DNA of 64,000 nucleotides from Mytilus trossulus (Eukaryota): NCBI RefSeq assembly GCF_036588685.1, contig NC_086381.1, positions 39,122,001 to 39,186,000 of the forward strand, read 5' to 3'. Shown piece by piece: positions 48,601 to 60,871 of this stretch (position 1 is its first letter; each line of letters starts with the position of its first letter). The notes under the pieces were generated by a model. It saw only the letters and a program-made list of their open reading frames with translations, ran no database searches and was not told where the DNA came from. The position numbers and the translations under genes were made by a program.

Positions 48601-50517
48601 CAAGTATTGGTTTTATGTCTACATTGATGGATTGTTTATACCAGGAGAATATCGTCAATTTGCAATCGTCAACTTTTTATTATTCAGCAGTATCCTACCC
48701 TCTACCCTATTTCATTTCTACTGCATTTATACGCTACGTCCGTTCATGTTCATACTTTATGGAGTTCATAAACAGACGTGTGCTCAGATCTCAGTCATCA
48801 CCACGAATCATTTGTCGTCCTATACAATATGCCTGTGTCTCAAATCAGCAGGGAAATAATTTCGCGCGTTTGGAACTTTTCATAACAGAATAATAATTTG
48901 ATCTGTACATTTTTCGATTGCGTTGTTTTCCTAAATGTGATATTCTGACTGATTGTGTATTCGCATAGCTAGTGAAACCTGCGTATTAGTATACGGTGAC
49001 CATGTTGACAAGTCTCGATCCTTTAAATTTAGAGTTCATAAAATTCTATAAGTTTCAATTTGTTTACCTTGATTTGTATCTTTTATATTATATTTTAATT
49101 TTAGGAACAGAGAAGAACTTTAAATCCATGGCCACGAGACAAAGACGATAATCTTTGTCTTGCAATTTTTGCATGTGTCTTCTGTTGCTTCCCATTTGGT
49201 TTGGTTGCCATCGGTATGGCAATGGAGGTAAGTGTTAAAAATATTCGACGTATTATTATTTAGATTTAAATTACAAAGATTTTTTTTAGACGAATTGTTT
49301 AAATAATTGATTATCTATTGTTTTTATTCCCACATAAGGCGTTCAGCAATTAGTTCGTTCTATAATTTATGTTCATTGAAAAAATGAATGATATGAAATT
49401 ATCAAAAAAGATGACTTCATGCGTTCTATCCATAAATTAAAAATTAGGATTTAAACTGAACAGTGCGGACAAGATTATCTATTTCGATTAAAATAAAAAA
49501 ATATTGAAGAAAAAGAACCAAAAGAATGTACCAATACAACAATGACTCTTCGTGAACTGTTAACAATTTTTTACTATCGTGGGAATATTATATATATATT
49601 TTTTTGTTTTATCAATGTGAATTTCATCTGTTGATTTATTTTAAGATTATCTAAAAACATGATTCAAGTTGAGTTTTCGATTTTAACCAGGAAGTTGCTG
49701 GCAATAAACCTCAAGGAATTTAATAAGAAACAATAAAGGGGCTACTAGTATGAGAACGTTACTGACATTTTGCAGTCTTATATTGTGAATAACAAATCTG
49801 ACCAAAGAAATGAGGGAAATATAAAATGCATTTAAGAAATTCGGTCAACATCATATTCAAATCAAATTAATACATAATCCAAAACCAAAATACGTTTTAT
49901 AAAGCTTAAAAAAAGAAAATTTAGGATTTAGGTAGAAGAAAAGGAAAACAAATCTATGCTAGATCATTTTCTTTGAACTATCTATATCTCCTTTGATATT
50001 GTATAAACATGATAAAAGAGCTAAAGCATCCTTACCAAATGAATATAACACCTTTTATAAAGTCGTATTTGTTGTAGAAATGACAAACATATAATATTGT
50101 CCGATTTAAGTTGCTCTGTTACAGTTTAAAAGATAATAGCCGTAACACGTTTATATACAAATATTATGTCATTGTCAGAAAAATAAAACTGTGTTTGTAT
50201 TAGATTTAGGACCTAGAAAAGGGCGATTTTTACCGAACCCTTTCGATTGTTTTGTGCAAAATACAAAGAAGGTCATATCTTTCTGACAGTGAAAATTGTG
50301 AATTTTGAATTTTGAAAAATAGAGGTTGTCATGCTTTTCATTCTATCTTAAAACTGGTGCATAAATGATATTTCTTTTGTAGGCAAACGAAGCGAGGAGA
50401 CGCCGCGATTACGTTGCAGTAAGAAAATATAATAGAAAGGCATATATTTGGATGATTTCAGCCGTTGTTTTTGGACTTACTGCTTTCATTCTAATAGGTT
50501 TACGAGGTTACAGGTAG
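42636..50517 (+). CDS. CD225/dispanin gene copy 4; preferred model exons 42636-42680, 49105-49227, 50383-50517; about 100 aa, no exon A homolog found
   Basis: Exon B = EQRRTLNPWPRDKDDNLCLAIFACVFCCFPFGLVAIGMAME|gtaagt; exon C = ANEARRRRDYVAVRKYNRKAYIWMISAVVFGLTAFILIGLRGYR*. The exon 1 region is homologous to copies 2 and 3, with an open frame MGNYVSFYLSAVKYM ending at ATG|GTAAGT in phase 0. Exons B and C are secure; the 5' model is less so. Confidence 0.78.
44801..45614. repeat. Apparently perfect 405-bp tandem duplication
   Basis: Identical 81-aa ORFs at 44846 and 45251 (offset 405); tttt microhomology at the junction. Confidence 0.9.
46615..46860 (-). mobile_element. Retrozyme family 1 variant with inactivated hammerhead
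   Basis: Minus strand CGUCA-CUGGUGA-GUC...GAC-AAGGCGCG; the core GAAA is lost. Confidence 0.6.
47960..48610. repeat. 30-bp minisatellite, about 22 units, each with an AAGTAT-N5-ATACTT inverted repeat
   Basis: Consensus gatatttggtacaagtattgattatactta in strict 30-nt register. Confidence 0.95.
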
Positions 50518-51269
50518 CTTTTATAATACCAGGATCTTTTTCTACTGTTATTGGTTTCACTGAAATGTACATTTTAACAAATGCAATAGTTTTGATTTTA
50601 TTCATTACTTCTCCTTCGTGTATAGTGTAATCAGCAATCAAAATAAATACATTAATAGAACCAATTATGTCTTTTGATATATTTGTACTTATATAACATT
50701 CAATAGATATCTAAAACATACCGGTATCCATACCAAAACTGTATCAGTTATTAGTTTAAGATACTAGTAATTGTGCAGACTATACACTAGTTGCAATACA
50801 TTATACAAACTATATAATCGTGAGCACATTGATTGCAAGTTGGAAATCACCCAAAAGAAACAAAAATGATTTAATTCAAATGTAGACATGAGCTCTGTGC
50901 AGTATAAACTAGGTCTATTTGGAAAAAAACTAATATATTTGCCAATGAGACAACTCTCCACAAAAGACCAAAATGACACAAAAAATTAACAACTATAGGT
51001 CACAGTACGGCTTTTAACAATGAGCAAAGCTCGTACCGCATAGTCAGCTATGAAAGGCCCCGAAATTACAATGTAAGGCAATTCAAACGAGAAAACTAAC
51101 GCCCTAACTTTTGTACACAATGTTAACGAAAAAATTAATATGTAAAACATAAACGAACGACAACCACTGAATGCCATTTTTCTATGTTTTTGAATTTCGT
51201 CTAGAAAAAATAGATTGAAAAACAAATTGAATACTCTTAAAACGCTTCTTGTCATTCTTTCGGGACACA

Positions 51270-52700
51270 AAACTGCCAAAATTGCAGTCGCATATTGGCA
51301 TGACGTTGGCGTCGTCGTCGTCGTCGTTCGAAGACATTTGGTTTTCGCACTATAACTTTAGTTTAAGTTAATAGAAATCTATGAAATTTAAACACAAGGT
51401 TTATGACCACAAAAGGAAGGTTGGGATTGATTTTGGGAGTTTTGGTTCCAACAGGTTTGGAATTAGGGGCCAAAAGGGTCCAAAATTAAACTTTGTTCGA
51501 TTTCATCAAAAATTGAACTATGAGGGTTTCGAATCTAACCGTGTATTTATATTCTTAGTTTTTGGTCCCTTTTTCAAATTGATCTACATTAAGGTCCAAA
51601 GGGTCAAAAATTAAACTAAGTTTGACTTTAACAAAAATTGAATTCTTGGGGTTCTTTGACATGCTGAATCTAAACCTGTACTTATTTTTTTTTTATTATG
51701 GGCCCAGTTTTCAAGTTGGTCAAAATTGGGGTCCAAGATTAAACTTTGTTTGATTTCAACAAAAATTTAATATATGGTGTTCTTCGATATGCTGAATCTA
51801 ACCATGTAATTCGATTTATGATATATGGGCCCGGTTATCAAATCGGTCAACAGTGAGGTCTAAAGGGTCCAAAATTGAAATTTATTTGATTTCATAAAAA
51901 AATGAATTATTGGGGTTCTTTGATATGCTGAATCTAACCATGTATTTTGGATATTGGAATACCACAAAGGGATGGTAAGAATTGTCTTTGGGAGTTATGG
52001 TTCAAACCGTTAAGGAATATGGTGCAAAAAAGGAGGGAAAAGGGTTTCCAGGTTAATGGACAATTACTTAGTACAAATCATAATTTAAAAGCAGTGTAAG
52101 GTTGGTAATTGAAACTCATTTGAATATCTCACCTTAACTGCTTTTAAATTATGTAAATTGGAAATTTGCCAAAACCTTTATTATTAATAAATTCCATTGG
52201 AAATTTGCCAATAACTTTGGTTTAATGAACTTCATTGGAAATTTGCCAATATAAAATGTTGCTGATGAATATTTTTGTTTATCTCACCTAAACTGCTTTT
52301 AAATTATGTACATTTGAAATTGCCAATAACTTTAGTTTAATAGACTTCATTGGAAATTTGCCAATATAAAAAGTTGCTGTTGAAGCTTTTTGTTTATTTT
52401 AAGCAATGATTATTATTCTTTGAAAATTGGAGTTATCTTTCGTTGTCCAGAATAGTAGTTGAATCAACTTAAATCAATGCTTTATACAATATACAATGCA
52501 ATGTTCACTTTTCTACAAACAGATAAATAAAAACAGTCTTTGTCATTCAGTGATTACAAGCACTTTGATTACCATTCTAGGGTTATGCCTCTTAACAAGT
52601 GGAAAAATTGAATCGTTTCTGTTCTCTTAACTTAAATATTCAACAGCAAAGTGAATTGCTCAAAAGCAAAACGAAAATATGTTTAAGTTCATTAGACAAC
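51270..52700. mobile_element. Non-autonomous repeat with (GTC)n microsatellite and internal tandem subrepeats (Helentron/HINE-like)
   Basis: (GTC)6 near 51310 followed by recurring units of about 130 bp (gatatgctgaatctaaccatgta) and ggaaatttgccaata subrepeats. Family assigned from architecture only. Confidence 0.5.
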
Positions 52701-54689
52701 ATTTATTCTGATTCAGTTATGTTCTTTTTCACGGGTTCAACCGAACATAAAGCATTTCTTTTCTATACAAGGCTTAATAACACACAACACAAATTTACTA
52801 TGGGATGTAGGTTTGCAGCATCCAGTCTTTTAATAATTTCATTCGGAACATAATAACATGTGAAAAAAGAAAATCTAGAATGACAGGTATTACGCCAAAT
52901 ACAGTCCTTATCAAATTATCTTCACAACAGCCTGAACAATCTACAAAATATAATTACAAAAATTAGAAATAGTTCACAACTTCATGTAAATGAATGAAAA
53001 GAGAAAGTTGATTAAATACTGTAACTTTGGACAGTATACATGTGCATCTTTTGAATTGTACAATTCTATAAGAATAATCTTAATATACGTGTGAAAGACA
53101 GTACCAGTCCTATAGAAAAACAATTGTTTTTGTTTCAAAACAAAAAATAAATAAATAAAAGTCAAACAGACCTTAACAGCAAGTGAATGCAAACCGTCGA
53201 ATGATTTAATTCCCGCTTAGGTATGCACGGGTGAATCCACCCATGCAAATTACTACGCATAACGGTATTCGTTAAGCCTTATAACGAAAAGAAATTTATG
53301 TATGTTCTTTTTCACGGGTTCAACCTAACATAAAGCATTTCTTTTTTATGCAAGGCTTAATAACACAAAACACAAATATACTATAGAATGTAGGTTTGCA
53401 GCATCCAGTCGTGACAAAAGGCGAAAGAGTGCCAAGGTATAAGAAACAGAAGCACCTCCTCTTCGTAAACTATACAAACTACATTGTTTTTGTCTATCCC
53501 TATTGCGCTTAAAGCTTATCTGGCTCTAGTGTAAGATGAAGGCTTATATATTTTACTCAATACTAAGGTATCTTCTTAGGGCTGCAAAGAACAAAAATGT
53601 ACTCCGAATAATCAATCTTAAGACTTGCTAATTAAGTGAATAAGTCGGTTTATCAGTACTTGCTATCATAACTTTACTGCCTTGTCAATAAATATCGGTC
53701 TTGCTATTGTGAACTATAGTGTCAACGTGTGTTTTATGAAAACTGATATCACTCATTATTATAAGCGAGAGTTCTTTGTATCTAAAAAATCAAGCATAAG
53801 CCATTTATAACATACAAAGTAACATATAGTTGGACAGGTTAGAATTATCATGATACAGGTTAAATAGAAAGTTAAATTCTTTCTTTTGTATGAGTTCTGC
53901 CTATCCATCAAGTACAGAGAATCACGGCCAGTTCCGTGATACAAGCGGCCATGTCCGCATATTAAACTCATGTACACTGTATAATCTTCAGTGACAACAC
54001 CAAAAAAACATAAAGCGGCAAGGTCCACATAAAGAAATTTTTACTCAAAATTCATTCATTCATCTTAGCATCAAGTTTCAATACAAGACATGAAAAGATA
54101 TGCAAAGTCCTATCCTTCAAGGATAGAACATCACGGCCAGGTTCGCATATTACACACATGTACACTGTATAATCTTTTTTTTTCTCAAATTTCATTCATT
54201 TACTTTAGCAACAAGTTTCTATACAAGCACATTTGAAATAAACCTATATTCGTTCAAAACCGAAATCTCAGCACACCCCCCGTTGAAAAAATTAGAAGGG
54301 GTTTCATACTCAACCAAGTTTTGCACTAAACCAACAAACTTGCCGGTGTCTACAGACTCCAGTATCGGCCAGAAAACTGTCGATTTTATGTAAAGGATAC
54401 CCAAATTACCATTAGCTTTACATATAATTGAATATGTTTTACAGTGTAAGCTGTTAACGATACATGTGACAAGAGCAAATTATTATCGATTGACCAGTCA
54501 AACGTGAATGCATCAATGTTAAAAATATACCTTTTGTTAAAGGATAAAAAAACTTTGAATTATATCTTGGGAGTTTAGCATTGTCACTTTTAGCAAACCG
54601 ATCTAAGCTAAAAGGTCCCAATATTTTATTAAAATAATGGAAAATTCTGTGGGACAACGACCAATAGTCAAAATCAAATATTGTCTTAT

Positions 54690-57600
54690 TAGTTAAGCAG
54701 CTCACCACACAAATCATGCAAATGGTGATACCAGCATAACACTTTGTAAAAATACGCCTTTGGGTGTATGTAATCATATTAGGGGGGTAGCCATGAAAAA
54801 AATTCATTCGATCATGGCGGCCATCTTTAATTTTCAAAATGGCGTCTTCTCTGAAAAAAGACATCATATGTGAGGTCCGTTTTGCTTGTAGTGTATCCAA
54901 AATGTTACAAAATTGAGTAAATCATTGTTATATTAGATAAAGCATCACTTTCGATCAAATATCGGTCGATAACTCACTGGTTTTATGAATATCCCGAATA
55001 TGACTGTTTTATAACCCGAATAATGTCAGTCGTTATATTCCACAATTCTTCGACTAATCTTCGATTGCTACATTAGGTTCGATAGGTTATAGTCCAAAAG
55101 AGGGCGCAATTTTATTATAGTTAACTTTTTTAAAGAGTGTGTGTTCTTATTGTTATAAGACGTGTCTCGGTACTTGTCTATCCACCGTTCATATATTAGT
55201 TACAAAACTTTATTTGCAATACTGATCGGATATTGATTTGTAGGAATTATATCCGTATTACTAACACAATTCTATAATAATAATGTTGTTAATACATCAA
55301 ATAACATAATTTGAAAAGTAATCTTGCATTGTATACAATTTCTAGAATTTTACGTTTCTCTATGTTGCGTAATAAAATTAACGGTACCAATTTTTATTGC
55401 ACCAGATGCGCATTTCGACAATACATGTCTCTTCAGTGATGCTCGTGGCCAAAATATTTGAAATCCAAAGCTTATATAAAAGATGAAGAGCTATAATCCA
55501 AAAGGTCCAAAAAGTATAGCCAAATCAGTGAAAGGAATCAGAGCTTTGCATGAGGGAGATACATTCCTTAATTTAAAATAATTTCTAATATTTTGTAAAT
55601 GCGTAAATGTATTCATGTTACAGACACACACGCTTCGTGCACTTCCCTAATATTTGATTAGTTTCACTCGGTTCTAGTTTGTTGTTGCATTTATTCATTG
55701 CTCAGATAATATTTGCGTCATTGTTCTATTAGTTAATTGGTGATTACTTTTGTTTATATAAAAGTTACTTAGTTTCGAATTCGCTTATCAGCTTCCTCAG
55801 CAGATAGTTGGGAAACTGATTGGACAAAATGTTGTTTGTGTCAGGAGTTCACAATAGACCTACTGAAATCGTTAGACGAAGGATATACAATGTTTGGCAA
55901 AAATATCCCTCTTTTTCATAAATTAAATGCCCTCCTTTTCCCTCTTGATATTCGTCGATTAAACCACGGAGAGGGTATTGAAAGCACAAAGAAAAAAAAA
56001 ATATCAAGTACCATAATTTGTGTAGGATAAAGTTCATTAATACTAAACTTGAGAGAGCCCAGAAACGCAATATGTCACCGATACCATCTGGAACTTCTAG
56101 TGATTGTACGTCTCCTAAACGTTTTAGGTGTACTCCTCGTTCTAAATATCAACAAAAAATCCAGCTGTAAATGTGCATAAACGTTTCATTTGTGAAAAAG
56201 TGTCGCCTTTATCCGTCTTAAGAGAGGCAATGACAATGAAACTAAACCAACGACTAATGGATTGTGCAACAGCTCTTCAGGATAAACAACTGTTGGCAAA
56301 GCTGATTAGTGGTGATGTTATAGCACAAGAGGTGAAGTATCATCCGTCAAGTAATTAAGCAGCTGTATATAACAGAGAGAGATCAAAGAAGAGACAAATA
56401 GAGATCGAAAGCAGTTGCACACACGAGGAAACTATAATGAAAGAAACTGCAGTAGCTAAGCTGGTTACATACATTTTTGAAACTCAAAGAAACTCTGATT
56501 AATCGGTTGTGTTTCGATAAGCAGACCTGGCAAACCTGTACGAGGAAAAATAAGCACAGCTTGGTTCTCCTCCTGCACAGGTACATTCTACTCGACATTT
56601 AGCTGATGGCGAGACACCATTTTGTGTGTATCTTGGACTGTTACTCTTTGCCAAAACCAGGAAAAGACAGCTAATAGATACATTATTTCAACATGGGTTT
56701 TGTATCTCTTACGATCGAGTGCAGGAACAAACTCAACTAGGTGAAGCTGTAGGTGAAGCTGCTGTAGGTAAAAATGTGATATGCCCGCCTTTATTAAAGG
56801 GAAAAGTGTTTACTACAGCTGCAGTCGACAACATAGATCCCAACCCAAGCTCAGCAACACCAAAATCATCTTTTCATGGGACCTGAATCTCTATTTCTCA
56901 ACATCCGATGAAAGATAATATCGGCGTTAGAAGGAATCCGTTAATACCACCTACACTTTGGGTTGGCTTTGGAAAAAAAAAGACCTGAGATGGCTTCCGA
57001 TCACGAAATTAATCATGGTCTTGGTCCTAAATCAGAAGCTTTGCCCTTTTTTCATGCTTTCACAGATGTGACAAGGTCTCCGCCTTTCATGGAAAGGGGG
57101 GAAAATCGGCATGGCAGATGTGGGAAATATTTAATGATGTAACCGAGGTTTTTAAACGATTAAGTAAGAAACCTGTATTTGTCTGTGATAGAGGCATTTT
57201 TGTGGTTATGTACGACAGAACTACAACACCATTTGACATCAACAAATCCAGACTTGGACTATTTGCACGCAAACAAAGACAATATGACAACATTCCACCC
57301 ACTAGAGCTGCACTACGTGGGCATACCAAACGAGCTACATACTAAGGTGGCCATGTATGGGGACAGGCAGTCACACATGATCAACATCTACCTAGTCCTG
57401 GTGATTGGGGATGGGTAAAGGAAAACGTAGAAGGAATGTGGATTCCTCATTGGATACAATTAGCAGCAATAGCTGCATCTTGCCATCAGTTACACAAATA
57501 GGGCTGTAAGAAACTTGTTCTGGTAATTGTTAGTATTACAAATCTGGATAAACCTGTACAACATTGTATTCATGTAGCTGTTGAAACGGAATACATCGTA

Positions 57601-58227
57601 AATGTCGTAGATAATTACACTGATCAATCCTTCAGCAAATCTAACATATTACCGATATATCAAACTGACATTTTAATCGTATATAGATATAGGAAGATGT
57701 GGTGTGAGTGCCAATGAGACAACTCTCCATCCAAATAACAATTTAAAAATTAAACCATTATAGGTTAAAGTACGGCCTTCAACACGGAGCCTTGGCTCAC
57801 ACCGAACAACAAGCTATAAAGGGCCCCAAAATTACTGGTGTAAAACCATTCAAACGGGAAAACCAACGGTCTAATCTTCTATTATTTCATTCGAGTGTAC
57901 GATATTTTACGACCAAAACCGGAAGTGGTGATTTATTTTTACAATTGTTGTTTGTTTGACATATTTTCATATCATTTTATTGTACTTCAAATAGTTTGTA
58001 TGACATATATAGCGTTGAAAATGGTTAGGACAGTTTTTCAATCTCCACGATTAAGCAAAATGATATCAATTTTGAATTCAAGACGGCCGCCGTGAAAAAA
58101 ATCAAAATCATGATGACTATCCCTCTAATATGATAAAGTACACCCTAATAAACGTCTATGCCAAATCCCTTGCTTGTATCACCATTTGCATGATTCTGTC
58201 AAATTTCGGTACTAAGCCGCCCCACTA
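54690..58227 (+). mobile_element. Academ (XPG-type) DNA transposon, internally deleted, nested in the Ngaro element
   Basis: TAG...CTA termini, imperfect TIRs of about 150 bp (54690-54842 vs 58068-58227), 3-bp TSD TAT (54687-54689, 58228-58230). Remnants GDVIAQEVKYH, AAVDNIDPNPSS...SFHGT, PFFHAFT-CD...GKG (XPG-like), IPPTRAAL, LPSPGDWGW and a Cys-rich tail. Confidence 0.82.
55399..55442 (-). ncRNA. Minimal type I hammerhead ribozyme, family 2, intact core (element about 55372-55597)
   Basis: Minus strand GCAUCA-CUGAAGA-GACA(UGUAU)UGUC-GAA-AUGCGCAU-C-UGGUGC: 6-bp stem I, 4-bp stem II, palindromic stem III, AUC cleavage triplet. Confidence 0.85.
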
Positions 58228-60840
58228 TATACTGATCCGCGGTAGTATTAAAAGTTCTCAGTATCCACTCAATTTTTAAACACATCGAATTTTCTATACA
58301 AAAATAACAACATCAATAGCTAGATTGGACAAAATCCATTTTCATACTGCCAACTTCAGATATTTTAGCTACGTTTTGTTAATCAGTGAGTAGTTTAAAA
58401 TTTATTTTAAAATGATCCGAAAGCTTTAATTCTTTAATTCTCGCAAAGTTGACCTTGAGATTTTAGTGAGACACGAGATCTAACTTAACTCCAGAGTCCC
58501 AAGAGGATCGATCATTTACTAAATGATGAAAGTGTCTTGTCAACATTATACAAATGTACATAATTTACCTAGTGCGTGTGATAATGCAAAGAGTTTACCA
58601 ATACCCGCTGCACTTTTCCTTGCAGTCGTATTATAAAGATTTATAAGTCGTGCTAAAACAATACTATTCAAAATATTTGTAAATTTTCTGTTCAGGTACA
58701 CTTAAAGTACCCCTATGTAAATCCCACACAAAACCAATCTAGTCTAAACTTTTGTATGGCTTCCACACACTTTTTCCATAATTTGGCAAAAACACAGCTG
58801 TCAATATTAATCAGACAATACTTCTTTTGACACCTTTAACATAAATGTTTCTGTATTTTCAAATCCAAGTCCATAATCTAGATAAACAATTATATTGATA
58901 TTTTACTATGCCAATATTTTACAAGAGGGCGTACCATTTTAGTGATCAAAATGAAACAAGCTGAGTTCAGCACAATAAAACAAAGCTGAAGTGTTATATT
59001 TAACTTTAGTGTCACTTTTCCATGAAAACACAACTATCAAGAAACTTTTGTGATTCAACATGCATATCTATATGAAGGTATCCCCGATGATGTCTTGAAT
59101 CAAACTTAAATGCAAAATTTTTAATTTTCTGCATACGTTTTGGACTCTATTACAACCTCATATTTAATTTTAAATAACATTTCGTATTGAAGTACGTGTC
59201 TGATGTCAAGAATCAACACCGATAAAGGATTAACAACAAAAGGTGGAGTGCTAACTTCCTTAGTGACTCCCGTAAAATACCAAACGTACAAAAGTAGGTG
59301 CATCGGTAATTTTTAAAAAATAGCCAGATTCAAGTATAGGCAAAATCAAATTTTTTAAACTAAACTCGGCCAATAAAAGTGTTTCTTTCCAAAAATGTAG
59401 GCTATAATATAATTGACCTTTTACATTATAAACTTGTACTAACTCATTGTCATACTCATATGTGTCTAAACATAAGTTAAAGTCAATCAAAGATAATACC
59501 TCATTTGCAACTGCTGGTGTTGTAAGACCGCTTATTTCGAGACAGTTAGACGACCAATGTCCAGTGGAAAACAACGAGAAAGCATCAGCTGTAGGATTGC
59601 CAGTAGGGTTGTCATCTCCACTCCTATGATGACTTCTTGCAGGTGCACGTTCATGAGTACTTTGGATTTCCTAGTCAGATATTGAAGGAGAAAAAGTCAA
59701 ACAGACCTTAACAGCAATTGAACTAAACGTGTAGACTGATTGAATGCAAACCGTTGAATGATTTAGTTCCCGCTTAGGTATGCACGGGTGAATCCACCCG
59801 TGCAAATTACTACGCATAACGGTAATCGTTAAGCCTTATAACGAAAAGAAATTTATAAACTATGCTGTTTCAACTATGAATCACAATCCAAATTCAGAGC
59901 TGAATCCAGCTTGTACGTTGTGTCCATACTTGCCCCAAGCATTCAGGGTCCAACTGCGGTTGTATAAAGCTGCGCCCTGCGGAGCATCTGGTCTTACTCA
60001 GTTACGATGTTTCAATTCTCAAGTTCGAACAAGCTCACTCCTACAGTCAACCAAAAATGATATTTCATTTCACCTTATTATTCAATACTTCAGTACTGAC
60101 ACGTTTTATAAACACAACTTTCGAAATGTGTCTCTTTATGAAGTTATTAAAAAAAACGTCGGTTTCAACTCCCTCAAGGAATTTTGACTTTAGGTGATTG
60201 GTTCTTAATTAGAGATCTTTTTTGTCATATAGCTCTTCAATTGTTTTGCTAATAATTCATCCATGAGGGAGTCCTAATAAACATGACAAAGTTACACATT
60301 CGGACGCATACATTGTATAAATTGTTTTCTTTTCTCACTTGATAAAACTCTTCACAGGTTATGGTCGACGTTGATATTTAAAACAGCACTCATTATACTG
60401 TTCATTTTGAAATTTTATTTTATTTTCCTGAATTCTAGGAATCTTATATCAGACATTGATCAATTGCTGGAACCTCTCTGTAGATGCTTATGCTACAAGC
60501 TTCATGCTAAAAGATATCAACTTTTAGACATTCAAACTAAACCTAGAACTGTTAGAAAGCTTGCAAAGTAGAATGTTCGCATCTTGGTACTGCCCACAAT
60601 CCCATGCTTTTATACTTTTAGATCTCAATATACCTACTAATTTCATATTTTCTAGCCCTGCTTAAAGTTAAAGTGTAAATAATTATATCCTTCTAAAGAG
60701 ACAATAATCTTAAGTTAGTGAATACAGTGTGTTGTAATTATATCCTACTAAAGAGACATTAATCTAGTGGATACAGTGTGTTGTATATATTTTTTTCTTT
60801 TTTTTTTTTTATTGGTGGAGGACTTTAGAACAGATATATA

Positions 60841-60871
<31 letters not shown>

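Larger units (their letters stand above)
52718..59855 (-). mobile_element. Ngaro/DIRS-group tyrosine-recombinase retrotransposon, degraded, with split direct repeats
   Basis: Repeats A1 59696-59855, B1 53301-53410, A2 53160-53299 and B2 52718-52826 (A1-ORFs-B1-A2-B2 on minus). Remnants: knuckle TGHWSSNC, VKGQL..FW, VNPLSV, LILDIRHV (RT), EWILRTFNTTADQ/DFDYW/LDRFA (RNase H region), SKTDIY and YSLRRGGAS (YR). Confidence 0.85.

Noticed and set aside
47960-48610. CRISPR-like array of palindromic 30-bp repeats; 166-aa YQISK-repeat ORF
   Set aside because: Units are head-to-tail with no unique spacers, there are no cas genes and the context is eukaryotic; the ORFs are by-products of a 30-nt period.
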